Below, piece by piece: positions 62,521-64,000 of a stretch of DNA of 64,000 bases (the first letter of the stretch is position 1; every line of letters begins with the position of its first letter). The notes under the pieces were generated by a model, which saw only the letters and a list, made by a program, of their open reading frames with translations, made no database searches and had not been told where the DNA came from. A program made the translations under genes and the position numbers. This DNA comes from Raillietiella orientalis (Eukaryota), in the NCBI GenBank assembly GCA_036172245.1, contig JAYWIR010000065.1, positions 1 through 64,000 of the forward strand, given 5' to 3'.

Positions 62521-64000
62521 AATTCGAGATTTCACAGCAGAAATTATCCATCAGAATTTAGTTATTTCGCTTTAAGAGCTTTCTTCACGCGTCGCCTAGC
62601 AAAGCATCTCACCGGAGCTCTTATTGCAAAGCAGAAGAGTTGGTTGGCGCTTTTCGCAGTTGGTATTCGTGTCCTTGCGGAAAACGCATGGAAACAAACC
62701 GAATTCCTTGTTCCAAGTGTTTGCCAAAGCGTACACTTGAGAATTTCGCCGTGTTCTTCGTTGTCTGCTTATGGTGTTGCTTTCCGGGCACTGCTGGTGT
62801 GTATTTTCCGATATGCAGAGTGAGGCAAAAGAGTGCGAGCTGAGCGATTGGAACATCCAGAATCCTGCTTATGAAAACACGAGAATGCATGTGTATCTTT
62901 GGTTCTTCCTGGTCAAGTAATCATCCGCAAACTGCTGCCTTTCTTTCCCCTTATGTAGGCGTTGCATTAAGAACCTCAAGCCCTATCATGAGCGATGAGA
63001 AGTGGAAGTCACTCCTCGCAGAATCGCAATGTAGAGTGAGTTTCCGAGCCTTTCATAGCTCCCCCCCATCTTACAGGAGATCGTGTATCATGTCCGTAAG
63101 CTCCATTTTAATAGCACGACCTTTCGTTTGTGAAGATGCCGGCCGTTTTGAAATAAAAGAAGGAATGCCCTACAGCATTTGATTCCTCGTCTTCATCTGT
63201 GACATTCAAAAATGGATTGTCTCGCCAACCTGAATCCGTCTAATTCGGTAGGAAAAGTGTCCATAAGAGACAAAGGACGTATCGAGAAAGAAAAACGTAT
63301 TCCAGCAAGGCGAGTTGGATCTCGTCCACGGCCTTCGTTTCGAGAAACCACGGGAACGTCAGCTATTCCTCAATCAGCATTATCGCCATTTAGATTCTGT
63401 CGTTGGCATGCATTCAGCATCAGCGAATCGCTCCAAAGTGAAAGCAACGGAGAAAAAGAATCTCCAACTCACAAACCGATTTTCCTATCACGAGCCACCT
63501 TCAATCGGTTGTTCATTCATGGGCGGTATAGGGATTTGCATAAGCACGGAACCAAGGGCTGCAAAAAGAGTACAAATTGCCTAGGAGCAGCCTTCAGAAT
63601 CTATGGGGCTACTTTTGGCTTCTGTGTTGTTCGGAAATTGCACGCATATTTCTCCGAGATGCGATTTGATGAGAAAGAGATATGTGTTCATAGCCACTGC
63701 TGTTCCCTACTTCGCCGAGGCTGCTTCTTGATGTTGCGAAAGTTGGTCTCAGTCCTTGGCAGCAATATGACAAAAAAAGCTTGCAGTATCTCCACAGCAC
63801 TGCATCTCACCATTTCGTTCTGCTGGTACGACGAATTCTCTCGGACAAATCACTGCGGAGGTGGCAGACTAAAGACCCCTTCAAATTCAGAAGCCTAAAT
63901 CGCATTTCGTGGAAAGCGTTCATGGCTGAGCTCAGATGAGTACATTTGAAGTCCTCCGAAACGATAAACAAAAATTGTCTCTTCCTGAAATGGAGGGCTC

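Noticed and set aside
1..64000. Prokaryotic systems (CRISPR arrays, operons, IS elements, rRNA)
   Set aside because: The window is spliceosomal-intron-containing metazoan DNA. I saw no regularly spaced repeats, transposase ORFs or rRNA motifs.

Overview
Eukaryotic (metazoan) genomic DNA, not prokaryotic. About 49 kb of the window (7913-56645, minus strand) is one intron-rich cubilin (CUBN-like) gene that I reconstructed by hand. It has 66 exons (the first is tentative), every splice phase is compatible, and the CDS is 11,019 nt (3,672 aa). The architecture is a cubilin N-terminal beta-helix/coiled-coil region, 8 EGF-like domains and 27 CUB domains, the same count as vertebrate cubilin, and CUB13 lacks its first cysteine pair as in vertebrates. 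Of the 65 introns, 36 are 40-63 nt. That size, with introns of moderate GC content, suggests a compact-intron invertebrate such as a clade I nematode (Trichuris-like); this is inference only. The unusual signals are mostly in splicing: an apparently obligatory 50-nt GA-AG intron in CUB6, one GC-AG intron, 12 AAG acceptors, two frame-neutral micro-exons and long introns clustering near 1.1 kb. Elsewhere there is a CpG-depleted island (61.1-62.5 kb), a duplicated 60-nt self-complementary element downstream of the gene, a perfect 17-bp intronic hairpin and probable exons of an unidentified minus-strand gene running off the left edge. I found no rRNA, tRNA, CRISPR array or recognisable transposase. 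Most ORFs in the supplied track are shadow or intron read-through frames.
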